Origin: an uncultured Porphyromonas sp.
Lineage (GTDB): Bacteria; Bacteroidota; Bacteroidia; Bacteroidales; Porphyromonadaceae
DNA: 64,000 nucleotides
Assembly: GCA_963543315.1 (NCBI GenBank)
Contig: CAUUAW010000001.1
Coordinates: 79,892-143,891 of the forward strand
Direction: 5' to 3'
Shown here in pieces: positions 11,115-20,913 of the stretch. The translations under genes and the position numbers were made by a program. The notes below the pieces were generated by a model. That model worked only from the letters and a program-made list of their open reading frames with translations. It ran no database searches and was not told the origin of the DNA. How positions within the stretch are numbered: position 1 is the first letter of the stretch; each line of letters starts with the position of its first letter.

Positions 11115-14100
11115 TTAAGGGTTACTATCCTTTTGGGTCATATCTGTAGATATGATCTGCTGAGTTATGACCTCCCTGAGGGCTCTAAAGGATCCTCCAA
11201 AGGTCGGTAACGCTTGGTCTAGCATCGTTTCGTACTCTGCAGATAGACCACGCTGATATATTAAATCTATGCGTACGAGCTCCATCAATGTAGCAAGAGC
11301 ATAGCGCACCATCGAGTCATTCAATAGAGAGATCTGATGTCGAGGACTTTGCTGGCTGACCCAATAGAGGAGCTGTGCCGTATCTCTGTAGAGAGCTCGG
11401 ATGATCTCGTCACCCTGCTCATCCATTTGTAGGCGATAGTAAGCGTCTGCTAGCGAGATATCCGTCATGGTGTATGGGACTGCCTTGGGAGAGATCACCT
11501 GAGCACATTTCAATAATACCTCCTTGGCCCGTTGGCGGTCTCCTCGCTGTAGGAGAGCTTGCCCCAGTGTTGCAAAGAGGCGAGAGCGATAATAATAAGA
11601 GATGTTGCGACGAATGTTATCATCAAAGTAGATATTTGGGTTATCGGCATTGAAGTAACGATATTTATTCATCACTAAATCATACATTCGCTCTACTTCT
11701 ATTTCATAAGGTGTCCCAGCAACAGCAACAGGATTGAAGCGTTGTGACATTCCCACCTGAGACATATACAGACGTTGGTTGGAGAAAACATCTTGAGGAG
11801 CAGATGTAACCCACATGATAGGTCGCTGCCACTGTGAGGCGCCCAACATGTCTAGAACAAAGAGAACATCCCTTGTCGCAGCAATTTTACCTTGTAAAGA
11901 AAGCAGTGTAGACTCTTGTTTAGGTAGCCCACTAAGCTGTGGAAAGTTTTGTGAAACAACAACCGTATCAACTGGTAGTGTGATTTGGTCTGCCGGTATT
12001 TGTGCTTGACCATAGGCGACAATCCTAGTAGCCTCCCTCATTGCTTGGTCAAAAGGCATTGGAGCTGCACTTATCGGACGGACCAATGCATGGGAATTGG
12101 AGACAAAGAACTCAGGACTCATATATTTGTTAGGTATGGGCTCTGCCTCATAAGTCTGGCGGAGCATATGTTTGCCATACCATTCTGATTGGAGATAGCT
12201 AAGGTTACTTACCTTAACATCCGTACGTACTCCCTCTACTTCTTGAGCATACCATAGAGGGAAGGTGTCATTGTCCCCAAAGCATAGCAGCACTGCATTG
12301 GGATCACAACTAATAAGGTAATTATATCCAAAGTCACTAGCCAAGACTCGTCCTGAGCGATCATGGTCATTCCAGTTCTCCGACGCCATCTGTATCGGTA
12401 CGAGTAGACCAACAACTGAGGCAAGCGATGCTGTCAGTATTGGCTTAAGCTTGGCGCGGCTCAGTAGCTCATACAGTCCTGCAACACCAAATCCTATCCA
12501 TATCGCAAAGGCATAGAAAGATCCTGCATAAGCGTAGTCTCGCTCACGAGGTTGTCCTGGTGTCTGATTAATGTAGAGGATAATCGCCAAGCCCGTCATG
12601 AAAAAGAGGGATAATGTAATCCAAAAGGCTTGCATCCCCTTCCTCCGTCTCGACACTTGGTAGGCAATCCCTAGGAAACCTAAGAGGAGAGGTAGTAGAT
12701 AATAGGTATTGCGCCCCTTATTATTGAGGAATTGGTCGGGTAGATCTTTAGTCTTACCCAGAGCTATTTGGTCGATAAATGAGTAACCCGTAAGGACCCC
12801 ACCTTTGAGCATGCCTCCATCTCCTTGTAGATCATTCTGACGCCCGATAAAGTTCCATCCGAAATATCTCCAGTACATATAGTTGATTTGGTAACGGATG
12901 AAGTATTTCAAGTTATCTGACATAGAAGGCTTGGATAAATCATTTAAATCGCGGTTTATCCATAAGTTGTAAGCTCTTTGATGTTCCGGCTGTGAGGAGT
13001 ACATACGTGGGAAGAGCATCTTGCTTCCCTTGGCATACTTAACCTCAGGTTGATTGTAGATTTTTACATATTCATCTGGTTCATCAGAGCTTCTCTTGAC
13101 TTTGGGGGCGTACACAGGTTTACCCTCCTCCATTGCAATGGGTCGAGCTACGTAGGTTGCGCTGTATAGGTGAGGGATGGCCCCGTACTGTTCTCTGTTT
13201 ATGTAGCTCTTGATCGCAAGAGCTGTATTAGGTTCATTTTGATTCATTGGAGTCCCTGCCAGAGAGCGTACGAGGATCACACCATAGGAGCTAAAACCTA
13301 TCATGATTACTAGCATGCACATTTGTGCTGTGTGCAGATATTGAAGTGGCAGCTTCTTGTTTTGAAAGAGGTATACAGCCAGGGCTATTGTAATAATCAC
13401 TCCTAGCCAAGTGGCTCCTCCGAAGTAAGGAATCCCGATAAGACACCATGAAAGGATAAAAGAACTTACTATTAGGTTGCGAGATCGCTCTCCACGTTGG
13501 TAGAGGATGAGTGAACCAACAAGGACAAATGTCAGGAGAAGGAGATAAATATAGAAGCCTCTATTGTATGGCATCTTCAGTCCATTTACTACCCAGCGAT
13601 CTACAGTTCCTCCAATAGCTACGACACCTTGCATAATGCCAAACATAATAACTGCGATCAATAAGAAAGAGATGAGTAGTGCCGTAACGACACCCTTAAA
13701 TGATAAATTGTCGTGTTTGCGGAAATAGTAAATTAGAGCCATTGCAGGGATACAAAGTAGATTCAAGAGATGTACTCCTATACTAAGACCCATTACATAA
13801 GCGATCAGTACGATCCATCGATCTGATCGCTTATTATCAGCACGATCACTCCACTTAAGCATCAGCCAAAAGACCAGAGCCGTCAGAAATGAGCTAAAGG
13901 CATATACTTCACTCTCTACAGCACTATACCAAAAGGTGTCAGTAAAGGTATAGAGCAAAGCCCCCACAAGACCAGCCCCCATGATAAGGATGGTCTGTGC
14001 CAATGTCGGTATAGGCTCAGTACCCTCAGGAATCAAACACTTGGTACAGGGGGAGGCTCCTGGTAATACGACACGACGCACCAAATGAGTAATACTCCAG

Positions 14101-14393
14101 AAGAGGAGTAAGATCGTCCCTGCGCTCAGTAGACCACTGAGTGCATTAGTATATAAACCTGCTTGTTCAGGTGTGGGTGCAAGATGAGCAGCAATATTGT
14201 ACACCAACATGTAAATAGGTGCACCAGGAGGATGACCCACCTCCAGCTTAAAAGCTGATAAGATAAATTCGGGACAATCCCATAGACTTGCTGAGGGTCC
14301 AATGGTCATCAAGTAGACCACTGCTGCAATGACAAAAGTCATCCAGCCCACTACGTTGTTAAGCAGATTGTACAGTCGCCAGTTCTGTTGCAT
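11115..14393 (-). CDS. large polytopic membrane protein, DUF2723 / GT-C-like glycosyltransferase family
   Basis: 1092 aa. N-terminal ...[30 protein letters not shown]... is typical of DUF2723. About 12 TM segments are followed by a large soluble C-terminal region. Confidence 0.8.
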   Translation of the reverse strand: MQQNWRLYNLLNNVVGWMTFVIAAVVYLMTIGPSASLWDCPEFILSAFKLEVGHPPGAPIYMLVYNIAAHLAPTPEQAGLYTNALSGLLSAGTILLLFWSITHLVRRVVLPGASPCTKCLIPEGTEPIPTLAQTILIMGAGLVGALLYTFTDTFWYSAVESEVYAFSSFLTALVFWLMLKWSDRADNKRSDRWIVLIAYVMGLSIGVHLLNLLCIPAMALIYYFRKHDNLSFKGVVTALLISFLLIAVIMFGIMQGVVAIGGTVDRWVVNGLKMPYNRGFYIYLLLLTFVLVGSLILYQRGERSRNLIVSSFILSWCLIGIPYFGGATWLGVIITIALAVYLFQNKKLPLQYLHTAQMCMLVIMIGFSSYGVILVRSLAGTPMNQNEPNTALAIKSYINREQYGAIPHLYSATYVARPIAMEEGKPVYAPKVKRSSDEPDEYVKIYNQPEVKYAKGSKMLFPRMYSSQPEHQRAYNLWINRDLNDLSKPSMSDNLKYFIRYQINYMYWRYFGWNFIGRQNDLQGDGGMLKGGVLTGYSFIDQIALGKTKDLPDQFLNNKGRNTYYLLPLLLGFLGIAYQVSRRRKGMQAFWITLSLFFMTGLAIILYINQTPGQPRERDYAYAGSFYAFAIWIGFGVAGLYELLSRAKLKPILTASLASVVGLLVPIQMASENWNDHDRSGRVLASDFGYNYLISCDPNAVLLCFGDNDTFPLWYAQEVEGVRTDVKVSNLSYLQSEWYGKHMLRQTYEAEPIPNKYMSPEFFVSNSHALVRPISAAPMPFDQAMREATRIVAYGQAQIPADQITLPVDTVVVSQNFPQLSGLPKQESTLLSLQGKIAATRDVLFVLDMLGASQWQRPIMWVTSAPQDVFSNQRLYMSQVGMSQRFNPVAVAGTPYEIEVERMYDLVMNKYRYFNADNPNIYFDDNIRRNISYYYRSRLFATLGQALLQRGDRQRAKEVLLKCAQVISPKAVPYTMTDISLADAYYRLQMDEQGDEIIRALYRDTAQLLYWVSQQSPRHQISLLNDSMVRYALATLMELVRIDLIYQRGLSAEYETMLDQALPTFGGSFRALREVITQQIISTDMTQKDSNP

Positions 14394-14420
14394 ATATAAT
14401 TAATGTATCGTCTATGAAAG

Positions 14421-14428
14421 CAAAGGTA
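14421..14428 (-). promoter_or_regulatory. Bacteroidota -7 promoter box (TACCTTTG)
   Basis: Exact match to TAnnTTTG on the minus strand, 27 nt upstream of the DUF2723 gene ATG (14393). Confidence 0.5.
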
Positions 14429-14500
14429 CGAAATAGACCGAAAGAGACTATCTATAAGTCTACTCGGTCGAAAGCGCCAGAGCTGTTCCTCAAAAACGTT

Positions 14501-15856
14501 TTAGGAAAAGGCAAGGGCATGTACTATCGGTCGATTAAGTACTTGTCCATCACGATAGGCTATTTGCCCATTTACCCATGTTGCAACAATGCGATGCGAG
14601 AAAGTATACCCCTCCAGAGGCGACCAGCCACATTTACTCAGGATACTGTCATGTGTTACCGTTGTTGCTTGATTTGGGTCTACAAGTACTAGGTCCGCAT
14701 AGTAGCCCGAGCGTATATACCCTCGTTCGGTAATGCTAAAGAGCGTTGCTGGGGCATGGGACATTTTCTCGACAACTAGTTCAGGGGTCCAAAGGTTTTC
14801 ACGAGACATCTCTAGCATCATGAGGAGACTGTGCTGTACGAGAGGACCTCCAGAAGCTGCCGTCAGAGCATCCCCATCTTTTTCTGCAAGAGTGTGTGGC
14901 GCGTGATCTGTAGCGACGACATCTAGTCGTCCCTCGACAAGGGCTTTGCGTAGTGCATCTCGATCGTGCTTTGTCTTGATGGCCGGATTCCACTTGATAC
15001 GATTCCCTAGACGACTATAATCTTCATCTGTAAACCATAAGTGATGTACACAGACCTCTGCCGTGATATGCTTTTTAGGGCTCAGAGGTTCTGCCGAAAA
15101 GAGTTGCATCTCCTCCGCTGTCGATAGGTGTAGCACATGCAGTCGAGTGCCAAGACGCTTAGCTCGTTCTATAGCACTACGGGAGGACTCGTAGCAAGCT
15201 TCACGAGAACGAATGTATTGATGAGTCTGAATGGGTGGATGCCCGTCAAAACGCTGACGGTACAAGTCTTTGTTGTGAGCAATAATCTCCTCTTTCTCGC
15301 AGTGTGTGGCAATAATCTTGGGTGCGTGAGCAAAAAAATCGTCTAGAGCCTCCTCTCGATCCACAAGCATATTTCCCGTAGAGGCTCCGAGGAAAAGTTT
15401 GTACCCTGGTATTAGCGAAGGATCAATCGCGCATGCTTCCGATGCGTTGTCATTAGTTCCTCCGAAGTAAAAGGCATAATTTGCCCAACTCGTGTCACTA
15501 GCACGCTGCCTCTTATTCATGAGAGCTTCTAGGGTCGTCGTAGGGGGATTCACATTCGGCATATCCATGTATGACGTTACGCCGCCCGCTATTGCAGCTC
15601 GACTCTCGTGCTCTATGTCTCCCTTATGGGTCAGTCCAGGCTCACGAAAGTGTACCTGATCATCGATGCAGCCCGGTAATAACCACTTACCCTTAGCATC
15701 AAAGACTGATGCTCCTTGAGTCGCTTCGTCAGGCAATTCGGATAAGTAAGATATACCCACATGTATAGATTCGATACGCTCTCCGGATAGGATTACCGTC
15801 CCTACGGCTTGTTTACCCTCATTGATTAGGGTTGCGCCAAGTATGATTTGTCGCAT
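14501..15856 (-). CDS. pyrC: dihydroorotase (cyclic amidohydrolase superfamily)
   Basis: 451 aa with metal-ligand motifs DDQVHFREPG and VATDHAPH. Length is typical of Bacteroidota PyrC. Confidence 0.8.
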   Translation of the reverse strand: MRQIILGATLINEGKQAVGTVILSGERIESIHVGISYLSELPDEATQGASVFDAKGKWLLPGCIDDQVHFREPGLTHKGDIEHESRAAIAGGVTSYMDMPNVNPPTTTLEALMNKRQRASDTSWANYAFYFGGTNDNASEACAIDPSLIPGYKLFLGASTGNMLVDREEALDDFFAHAPKIIATHCEKEEIIAHNKDLYRQRFDGHPPIQTHQYIRSREACYESSRSAIERAKRLGTRLHVLHLSTAEEMQLFSAEPLSPKKHITAEVCVHHLWFTDEDYSRLGNRIKWNPAIKTKHDRDALRKALVEGRLDVVATDHAPHTLAEKDGDALTAASGGPLVQHSLLMMLEMSRENLWTPELVVEKMSHAPATLFSITERGYIRSGYYADLVLVDPNQATTVTHDSILSKCGWSPLEGYTFSHRIVATWVNGQIAYRDGQVLNRPIVHALAFS

Positions 15857-15873
15857 AGCTACAGTCTACTTTT

Positions 15874-16620
15874 TTAATTCGGGCGTTTGGGAAAGCCTTT
15901 AAAGAGTCGCCAATATCGCAGCTTGAGGACTCCGACAAAGGCCTCTCCAAAGATTGACCCATTCATTTTCGAGCTTCCTAGTTTGCGATTAACAAAAGTG
16001 ATCGGCACCTCCTTGATCTTAAATCCCAGACAGTAGGCGGTGTACTTCATTTCTATTTGGAATGCATAACCCTTGAAATGTATATCATCCAGCGCCATAG
16101 CTTGGAGCACCTCACGCCGATAGCATACGAAGCCGGCTGTTGTATCGCTGACTGGGATCCATGTGACGAGACGCACATAGAGTGATGCTAGATAACTCAT
16201 CAAGATACGTCCCAGAGGCCAGTCCTTCACACCACCACCTCGTACATACCGAGATCCTATAGCAACATCATACCCCTCACTAGAGACAGCTCTCAGCAGG
16301 TGTGGTAGAGCGGAGATAGGGTGACTAAAATCACAGTCCATCTCAAAGATATAGTCATATCCATGAGTCAAGGCCCACTTGAAGCCTGTTATATAGGCAG
16401 TGCCTAGCCCGAGCTTTCCGGGGCGTACAATGAGGTGTAGTCGATCTGCTAACGACTCCTCTTGCTGCAAAGTGCGGACAATCTCGGATGTCCCATCAGG
16501 GGAATTATCATCAAGTATCAGTATATCAAGTGCTTCAGGCAGTGATAGTACGGCACGAATCATGTTTGCAACATTTTCACGCTCGTTATAAGTGGGTATG
16601 ATGACAAGGCTGGAGTGCAT
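15874..16620 (-). CDS. GT2 polyprenol/dolichyl-phosphate mannosyltransferase-like glycosyltransferase
   Basis: 248 aa with IIPTYNEREN, DDNSPDGT and DCDFSH motifs of the Dpm1-type GT2 family. Confidence 0.85.
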   Translation of the reverse strand: MHSSLVIIPTYNERENVANMIRAVLSLPEALDILILDDNSPDGTSEIVRTLQQEESLADRLHLIVRPGKLGLGTAYITGFKWALTHGYDYIFEMDCDFSHPISALPHLLRAVSSEGYDVAIGSRYVRGGGVKDWPLGRILMSYLASLYVRLVTWIPVSDTTAGFVCYRREVLQAMALDDIHFKGYAFQIEMKYTAYCLGFKIKEVPITFVNRKLGSSKMNGSIFGEAFVGVLKLRYWRLFKGFPKRPN

Positions 16621-16698
16621 GTCCTGTATAGTCTCTTGTAGATGATCTTAGAGTAGACCTACCGGGTACACTGTAATGCTCAGGTAAGGTCCCTAGAG

Positions 16699-16706
16699 CA
16701 AAGGTA
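16699..16706 (-). promoter_or_regulatory. Bacteroidota -7 promoter box (TACCTTTG)
   Basis: Exact TAnnTTTG on the minus strand, about 79 nt upstream of the GT2 gene start (16620). Confidence 0.45.
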
Positions 16707-16761
16707 GTAAAAAAGGGGCTTCTAAGATTTTTTAGTCTCGACAATCCCTTGTTTAGCTCAG

Positions 16762-16807
16762 TGCAAAAAGGATAGTAACACAACCATCGCGATAATTGTG
16801 TTACTAT
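16762..16807 (-). terminator. putative intrinsic terminator of the DUF438/DUF1858 operon
   Basis: 12-bp perfect stem (16772-16783 ATAGTAACACAA / 16796-16807 TTGTGTTACTAT) with a 12-nt loop. On the minus strand it is followed by CTTTTTG. It lies 75 nt downstream of the stop at 16882. Confidence 0.5.
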
Positions 16808-16881
16808 TGCTCTCTTATTGACTCTAGCCTTAGAGAATCGCAAAAAGTGAATGTCAGACCCCTTCGCCTCAAGATCTAGAT

Positions 16882-17124
16882 CTATGCGGGCGGTTGTCCT
16901 GCAGCACGACGCAAGGCATTAATCATCTCAGTAATCTCTAGTCCTCCCATCTGAGCTGCAACCTTTAGAGGAGTGCGTGGTGCTACCGTTTTGCGCAAGA
17001 TAGGGTTCTTTAGGTTTTTATACCTGTCAGACAGCGAGATTAGTGTATCCAGTAATTCTGGATAGCAGTCTAGCATATCCCCGACCTTAGTCTCTGGGGT
17101 GATGAGTAAGGGAGTGTCAGTCAT
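16882..17124 (-). CDS. DUF1858 domain protein
   Basis: 80-aa ORF overlapping the upstream DUF438 gene by 8 nt. ITPETKVGDMLDCYPELLDTL matches the DUF1858 pattern, and this domain is usually paired with DUF438. Confidence 0.65.
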   Translation of the reverse strand: MTDTPLLITPETKVGDMLDCYPELLDTLISLSDRYKNLKNPILRKTVAPRTPLKVAAQMGGLEITEMINALRRAAGQPPA

Positions 17125-18355
17125 AGTTTAGGAGTGTTCTAGATCCTTCTAGACTACGTAGATCGGTAATATCTTGAGAGCATTCTACCACGCCTAAATA
17201 GTTTCCCTCGGGGTCACGAACGGCTGTATACTCTATGTAGATGAAGCGCCCCCGGAAATTCCCAATCCAGAACTTTGCACAGCTTTGTCGTCCGCTCTTA
17301 AAGTCTGCGAGGATTGTCTCGACGACATGCACACTCTCAGGTGGATGACACATGCGCACATCTCTTCCAATGATCGATCTATTACGGGCGAATATTCGCT
17401 TAGGGCTATGCGAATAAAAGCGCACCTTGTCATCCTTATCGACAAAGGTGATATCTATCGGCAGATGGATAAAGAGAGCTTCGAGCTCATCTACATTAAA
17501 GGCTCCCGTAGAGAGTCTTATGGCATCATGTGTCTCGTACTTAAAGTGCATACTGTCCGGCTCCACCTCTGGTTGCCAGATGGTCTGAGGATCATATAAA
17601 CAATAGCCAAACTCTGGGGTCTCCTGATAGATATTGTACCACTCAGCCTCTGAGAGTAGATCTAATGTCATGGGGAAGAGTATCATCTCCTCCTTGGTGA
17701 TCATACTATCGAGCATTTCGACGGCTGGGTCAAAAATCTGAGAGATAACCTCTTGCAGCTGCTCTATCGTCGTAATCTCTCCAGATAATGCCTCAAAGAC
17801 CTTCTTGAGTAATCCTCTGATCTCATCATGTTTACCCCACATTACTACAGGGGGCCCCGTCACACCATGCTGCTCTAGATAGGGAAAGAGCAAATACTCC
17901 TTACGCAGATAATGCTTGTCGACATCCATCAATTGATTGAAGATGGTTCGGAACTTCAGTAGGGCAGCTGGGATATCTATCGCTGCAGGCGTCTCTTTGA
18001 CCTCTTTTGTCAAGGCGTGATACTCTGAGATAACTTGCCCAAGAGCTGCATTCTCAGCCCTAAAAGTGTCTATCGGATGTCCTGACGGGACACTCTTTGC
18101 AGAGCTAATATCGATAGCGCCTTCGAGTATCTGGGAGTGGTGATCGCAAAATAATTGTATTTCGTTTGTCGTTAGCAGTCCGCGAGCTATGAGCTCCTCC
18201 TCGACAGCTACCACCTCTTGATAAGGGATTGCATGTAGGAGTGCAGAGAGTTGTTGCTTGAGAGCTTCGGGTTGCTCTCCCTGATGTAGGCGCAAGAGGA
18301 TCTCCTTGAGCATCGCCTTGCGCTCGTCGGAGCTTTTATGTAGGAATTCACTCAT
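17117..18355 (-). CDS. DUF438 / hemerythrin-like plus PAS domain protein
   Basis: 412 aa. The N-terminal helical DUF438 region is followed by a hemerythrin-like region with His/Glu pairs (FCDHHSQ, MWGKHDEIR) and a C-terminal PAS-like fold (ITFVDKDDKVRFYS...GRDVRMCHPPES). Confidence 0.7.
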   Translation of the reverse strand: MSEFLHKSSDERKAMLKEILLRLHQGEQPEALKQQLSALLHAIPYQEVVAVEEELIARGLLTTNEIQLFCDHHSQILEGAIDISSAKSVPSGHPIDTFRAENAALGQVISEYHALTKEVKETPAAIDIPAALLKFRTIFNQLMDVDKHYLRKEYLLFPYLEQHGVTGPPVVMWGKHDEIRGLLKKVFEALSGEITTIEQLQEVISQIFDPAVEMLDSMITKEEMILFPMTLDLLSEAEWYNIYQETPEFGYCLYDPQTIWQPEVEPDSMHFKYETHDAIRLSTGAFNVDELEALFIHLPIDITFVDKDDKVRFYSHSPKRIFARNRSIIGRDVRMCHPPESVHVVETILADFKSGRQSCAKFWIGNFRGRFIYIEYTAVRDPEGNYLGVVECSQDITDLRSLEGSRTLLNYD

Positions 18356-18735
18356 ATCTTCTGTTGTTTTGGATGGATTAAAAGAGTATAAGGTCAGCCG
18401 AGCCAGAAGTATCTTCTTCCTGATTCTCTAGGGAATGTGTGACTTATGGTAAGTTATGTATTGAAGTCTAATCTGTCGTATCGATCCATTTAGAGTAAAG
18501 GATTAGGATAGTAAATGGCTTTGCAAAAATACGCTCATGCATCCCACATGAAAATACCTAGCTCTAGGTATTTTTATGTTGACGCTGTACCTGAAACGCG
18601 CGATCCGTTTGACATGACCATATGGAAGATGCGATCATGCAATAGAGCACTCAGCAGAGATCGAGTATACGGAGAGTCTCTAGTCTTTATTACAGAGATA
18701 TTGACAAACGATGACGAGATAAACAGAGATTTCTT

Positions 18736-18890
18736 ACGGAGATTTCAGATGGAGATTAGCTAATAGTCGATCGACCATTCCGGAGATATCAATTGACAAT
18801 TCAGGAATTATCGAGCTGTCAGCCCGGAGGAAATCGCTAAATATTCCGTAAGGATTCTCAAGCCTCTGATATGACTCTCTAGAGCGATTC
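18736..18890. repeat. 22-bp-phased palindromic repeat array (about 7 units)
   Basis: Units ACGGAGATTTCAGATGGAGATT / AGCTAATAGTCGATCGACCATT / CCGGAGATATCAATTGACAATT / CAGGAATTATCGAGCTGTCAGC / CCGGAGGAAATCGCTAAATATT / CCGTAAGGATTCTCAAGCCTCT and further units. Lies in a divergent promoter region. Confidence 0.75.
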
Positions 18891-19131
18891 TGGCTTCCTA
18901 TATACCCTTTCAATATTATTTCGTACATTTACGGAGTCTAAAATGCCGGGGTGTGGCGTTACCGCAGGTCATGCATACAGTCTTGTTGGCGTAATAGACT
19001 AATAATGAGCTTTAAATGCATTTGTCTTTTGACACCTTTATGTAGAGGATCTGTAGGCAGGTTTAGGCTGTCTACCCCCAGCTCTTGTACTAATCTCCCC
19101 CCTCCTATGACAAAAAAAAATAAACAATATA

Positions 19132-20913
19132 ATGACGAACGAATGGCATTACACACCCTTTACCCAAGAGGAGGAGAAGGGTGGCTCGCGGTTGGCTCGA
19201 GCCTTGAGAATCCCCTCTGTGGCGGGACGCCTACTCTATCGTCGTGGTATCCGTACGGAAATAGACGCTCAGAAGTTCTTTCATCCCACGCTAGAGGATT
19301 TGCACGACCCCTTTCTGATGCGAGATATGGATTTAGCGGTCAAGCGTCTCAACGAAGCTCTGGGACACAAGGAGCATATATTGATATACGGAGACTACGA
19401 TGTCGACGGCACGACAGCAGTATCCCTTATCTACAAGTACCTCAGATCCGCTGGATGTAGTGAGCATCAACTGAGCTATTATATACCAGGACGAGATGAC
19501 GAGGGGTATGGCGTTTCCTTCCGTGGTGTAGACTATGCCCATGAGATCGGGGCTACGCTAATTATCGTCGTAGACTGTGGTATCAAGGCTATCAATGAGA
19601 TTGCCTACGCCAAGACTCTTGGGATCGACTTTATCATCTGTGATCATCACCATCCCGACGAGCAGCTGCCAGATGCTGTCGCTGTCTTAGATCCTAAGCG
19701 ACCTGACTGTAACTATCCCTTTGAGGAGTTGTGCGGGTGCGGTGTCGCGTTTAAGTTTATGCAGGCTTTTGGGCAAAATAATGGCTTCCCATCGGCTCCA
19801 CTCTATAAACTATTAGACCTTGTCGTGGTAAGCATCGCTGCAGATCTAGTGTCAGTACTGGATGAGAACCGGATACTTGCTCACTACGGTCTAAGACAGC
19901 TCAATCGGAACCCGTCTATGGGTCTCAAGGGAATTATCAAGACCTGCGGTCTGGAGGGCCGGAGGATTACAATGTCAGACATTATCTATAAGATAGGTCC
20001 GAGGATCAATGCCTCGGGACGGATGATGAATGGTCGTGAGGCTGTGGATCTCTTATTGAGTAATGACGCCCAGACGGCTGCCCGCATGAGCGATCTGATC
20101 GATGAGTATAACGTGCGCCGCCGCGAGCTAGATCGCTCGACGACAGACGAAGCTATGCAGCTACTACAAGTCAACCCAGAGTTAGCTCACCAACCGATTG
20201 TCGTCCTTTACCAGCCAGACTGGCACAAGGGAGTGATAGGAATTGTCGCCTCTCGCGTAGCAGAGTATACGAATAGACCCACCATTGTCCTGACGGGTAC
20301 AAGTGAGCGTATCGTTGGCTCGGCACGGAGTGTCGGAGGGATAGATATATATAGTATCATTGAGGAGGCACGCTCTTTGCTCCTTAACTTCGGCGGGCAT
20401 ACATATGCCGCGGGGATGACGCTATTGCCTGGCAAATTGCCGGCATTCAGAGAGTACATCAAGGAGGTAAATGCAGTAGCAGATGGAAATCGGGCTCACT
20501 CGGCACCCATAGAGATTGACGCGGAGATCGAACTCCGAGAAGTCACACAACGACTAAGTACGACAATACAACGCTTTGCTCCTTTTGGACCAGATAACTA
20601 CAAACCCACCTTTGTTACACAACAATTATATGATGGGGGAGGGAGTAAACCCGTAGGGCGTAATGGCGAGCACTTTAAGGTAGATGTTGTATCTGGCATT
20701 GGTTCGACAAAGCATTGTCCTGGGATCGCATTTAACCAGGCAAAAGACTTCCGCTTCGTCAAGAAGACTGCGGGAGGACACGCCAGTAAACCGTTTGCTT
20801 TAGTCTATCAAGTAGATGAAAACCACTTCAACGGCACCGTATCGCTACAGCTACTTGTAAAGGATGTCAAGGTACAACAACCAGGAGAAAACCTATTTGC
20901 AGACCAACGATAA
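19132..20913 (+). CDS. recJ: single-stranded-DNA-specific exonuclease RecJ
   Basis: 593 aa with DHH-family motifs (IYGDYDVDGTT, VVDCG, ICDHHHP) and a DHHA1 region (GGHTYAAG). Confidence 0.9.
   Translation: MTNEWHYTPFTQEEEKGGSRLARALRIPSVAGRLLYRRGIRTEIDAQKFFHPTLEDLHDPFLMRDMDLAVKRLNEALGHKEHILIYGDYDVDGTTAVSLIYKYLRSAGCSEHQLSYYIPGRDDEGYGVSFRGVDYAHEIGATLIIVVDCGIKAINEIAYAKTLGIDFIICDHHHPDEQLPDAVAVLDPKRPDCNYPFEELCGCGVAFKFMQAFGQNNGFPSAPLYKLLDLVVVSIAADLVSVLDENRILAHYGLRQLNRNPSMGLKGIIKTCGLEGRRITMSDIIYKIGPRINASGRMMNGREAVDLLLSNDAQTAARMSDLIDEYNVRRRELDRSTTDEAMQLLQVNPELAHQPIVVLYQPDWHKGVIGIVASRVAEYTNRPTIVLTGTSERIVGSARSVGGIDIYSIIEEARSLLLNFGGHTYAAGMTLLPGKLPAFREYIKEVNAVADGNRAHSAPIEIDAEIELREVTQRLSTTIQRFAPFGPDNYKPTFVTQQLYDGGGSKPVGRNGEHFKVDVVSGIGSTKHCPGIAFNQAKDFRFVKKTAGGHASKPFALVYQVDENHFNGTVSLQLLVKDVKVQQPGENLFADQR

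Noticed and set aside
16586-16843. An 85-aa minus-strand ORF between the GT2 gene and the DUF1858 gene.
   Set aside because: It spans the operon terminator hairpin (16772-16807) and the TACCTTTG promoter box (16699-16706), so it is an intergenic artefact.
18515-19460. Small ORFs in the recJ upstream spacer (18515-18763 plus, 18734-18928 minus, 18951-19460 plus, 18959-19156 minus).
   Set aside because: They have no recognisable domains. Two run through the 22-bp repeat array, and one overlaps the well-supported recJ frame. I treat them as non-coding.
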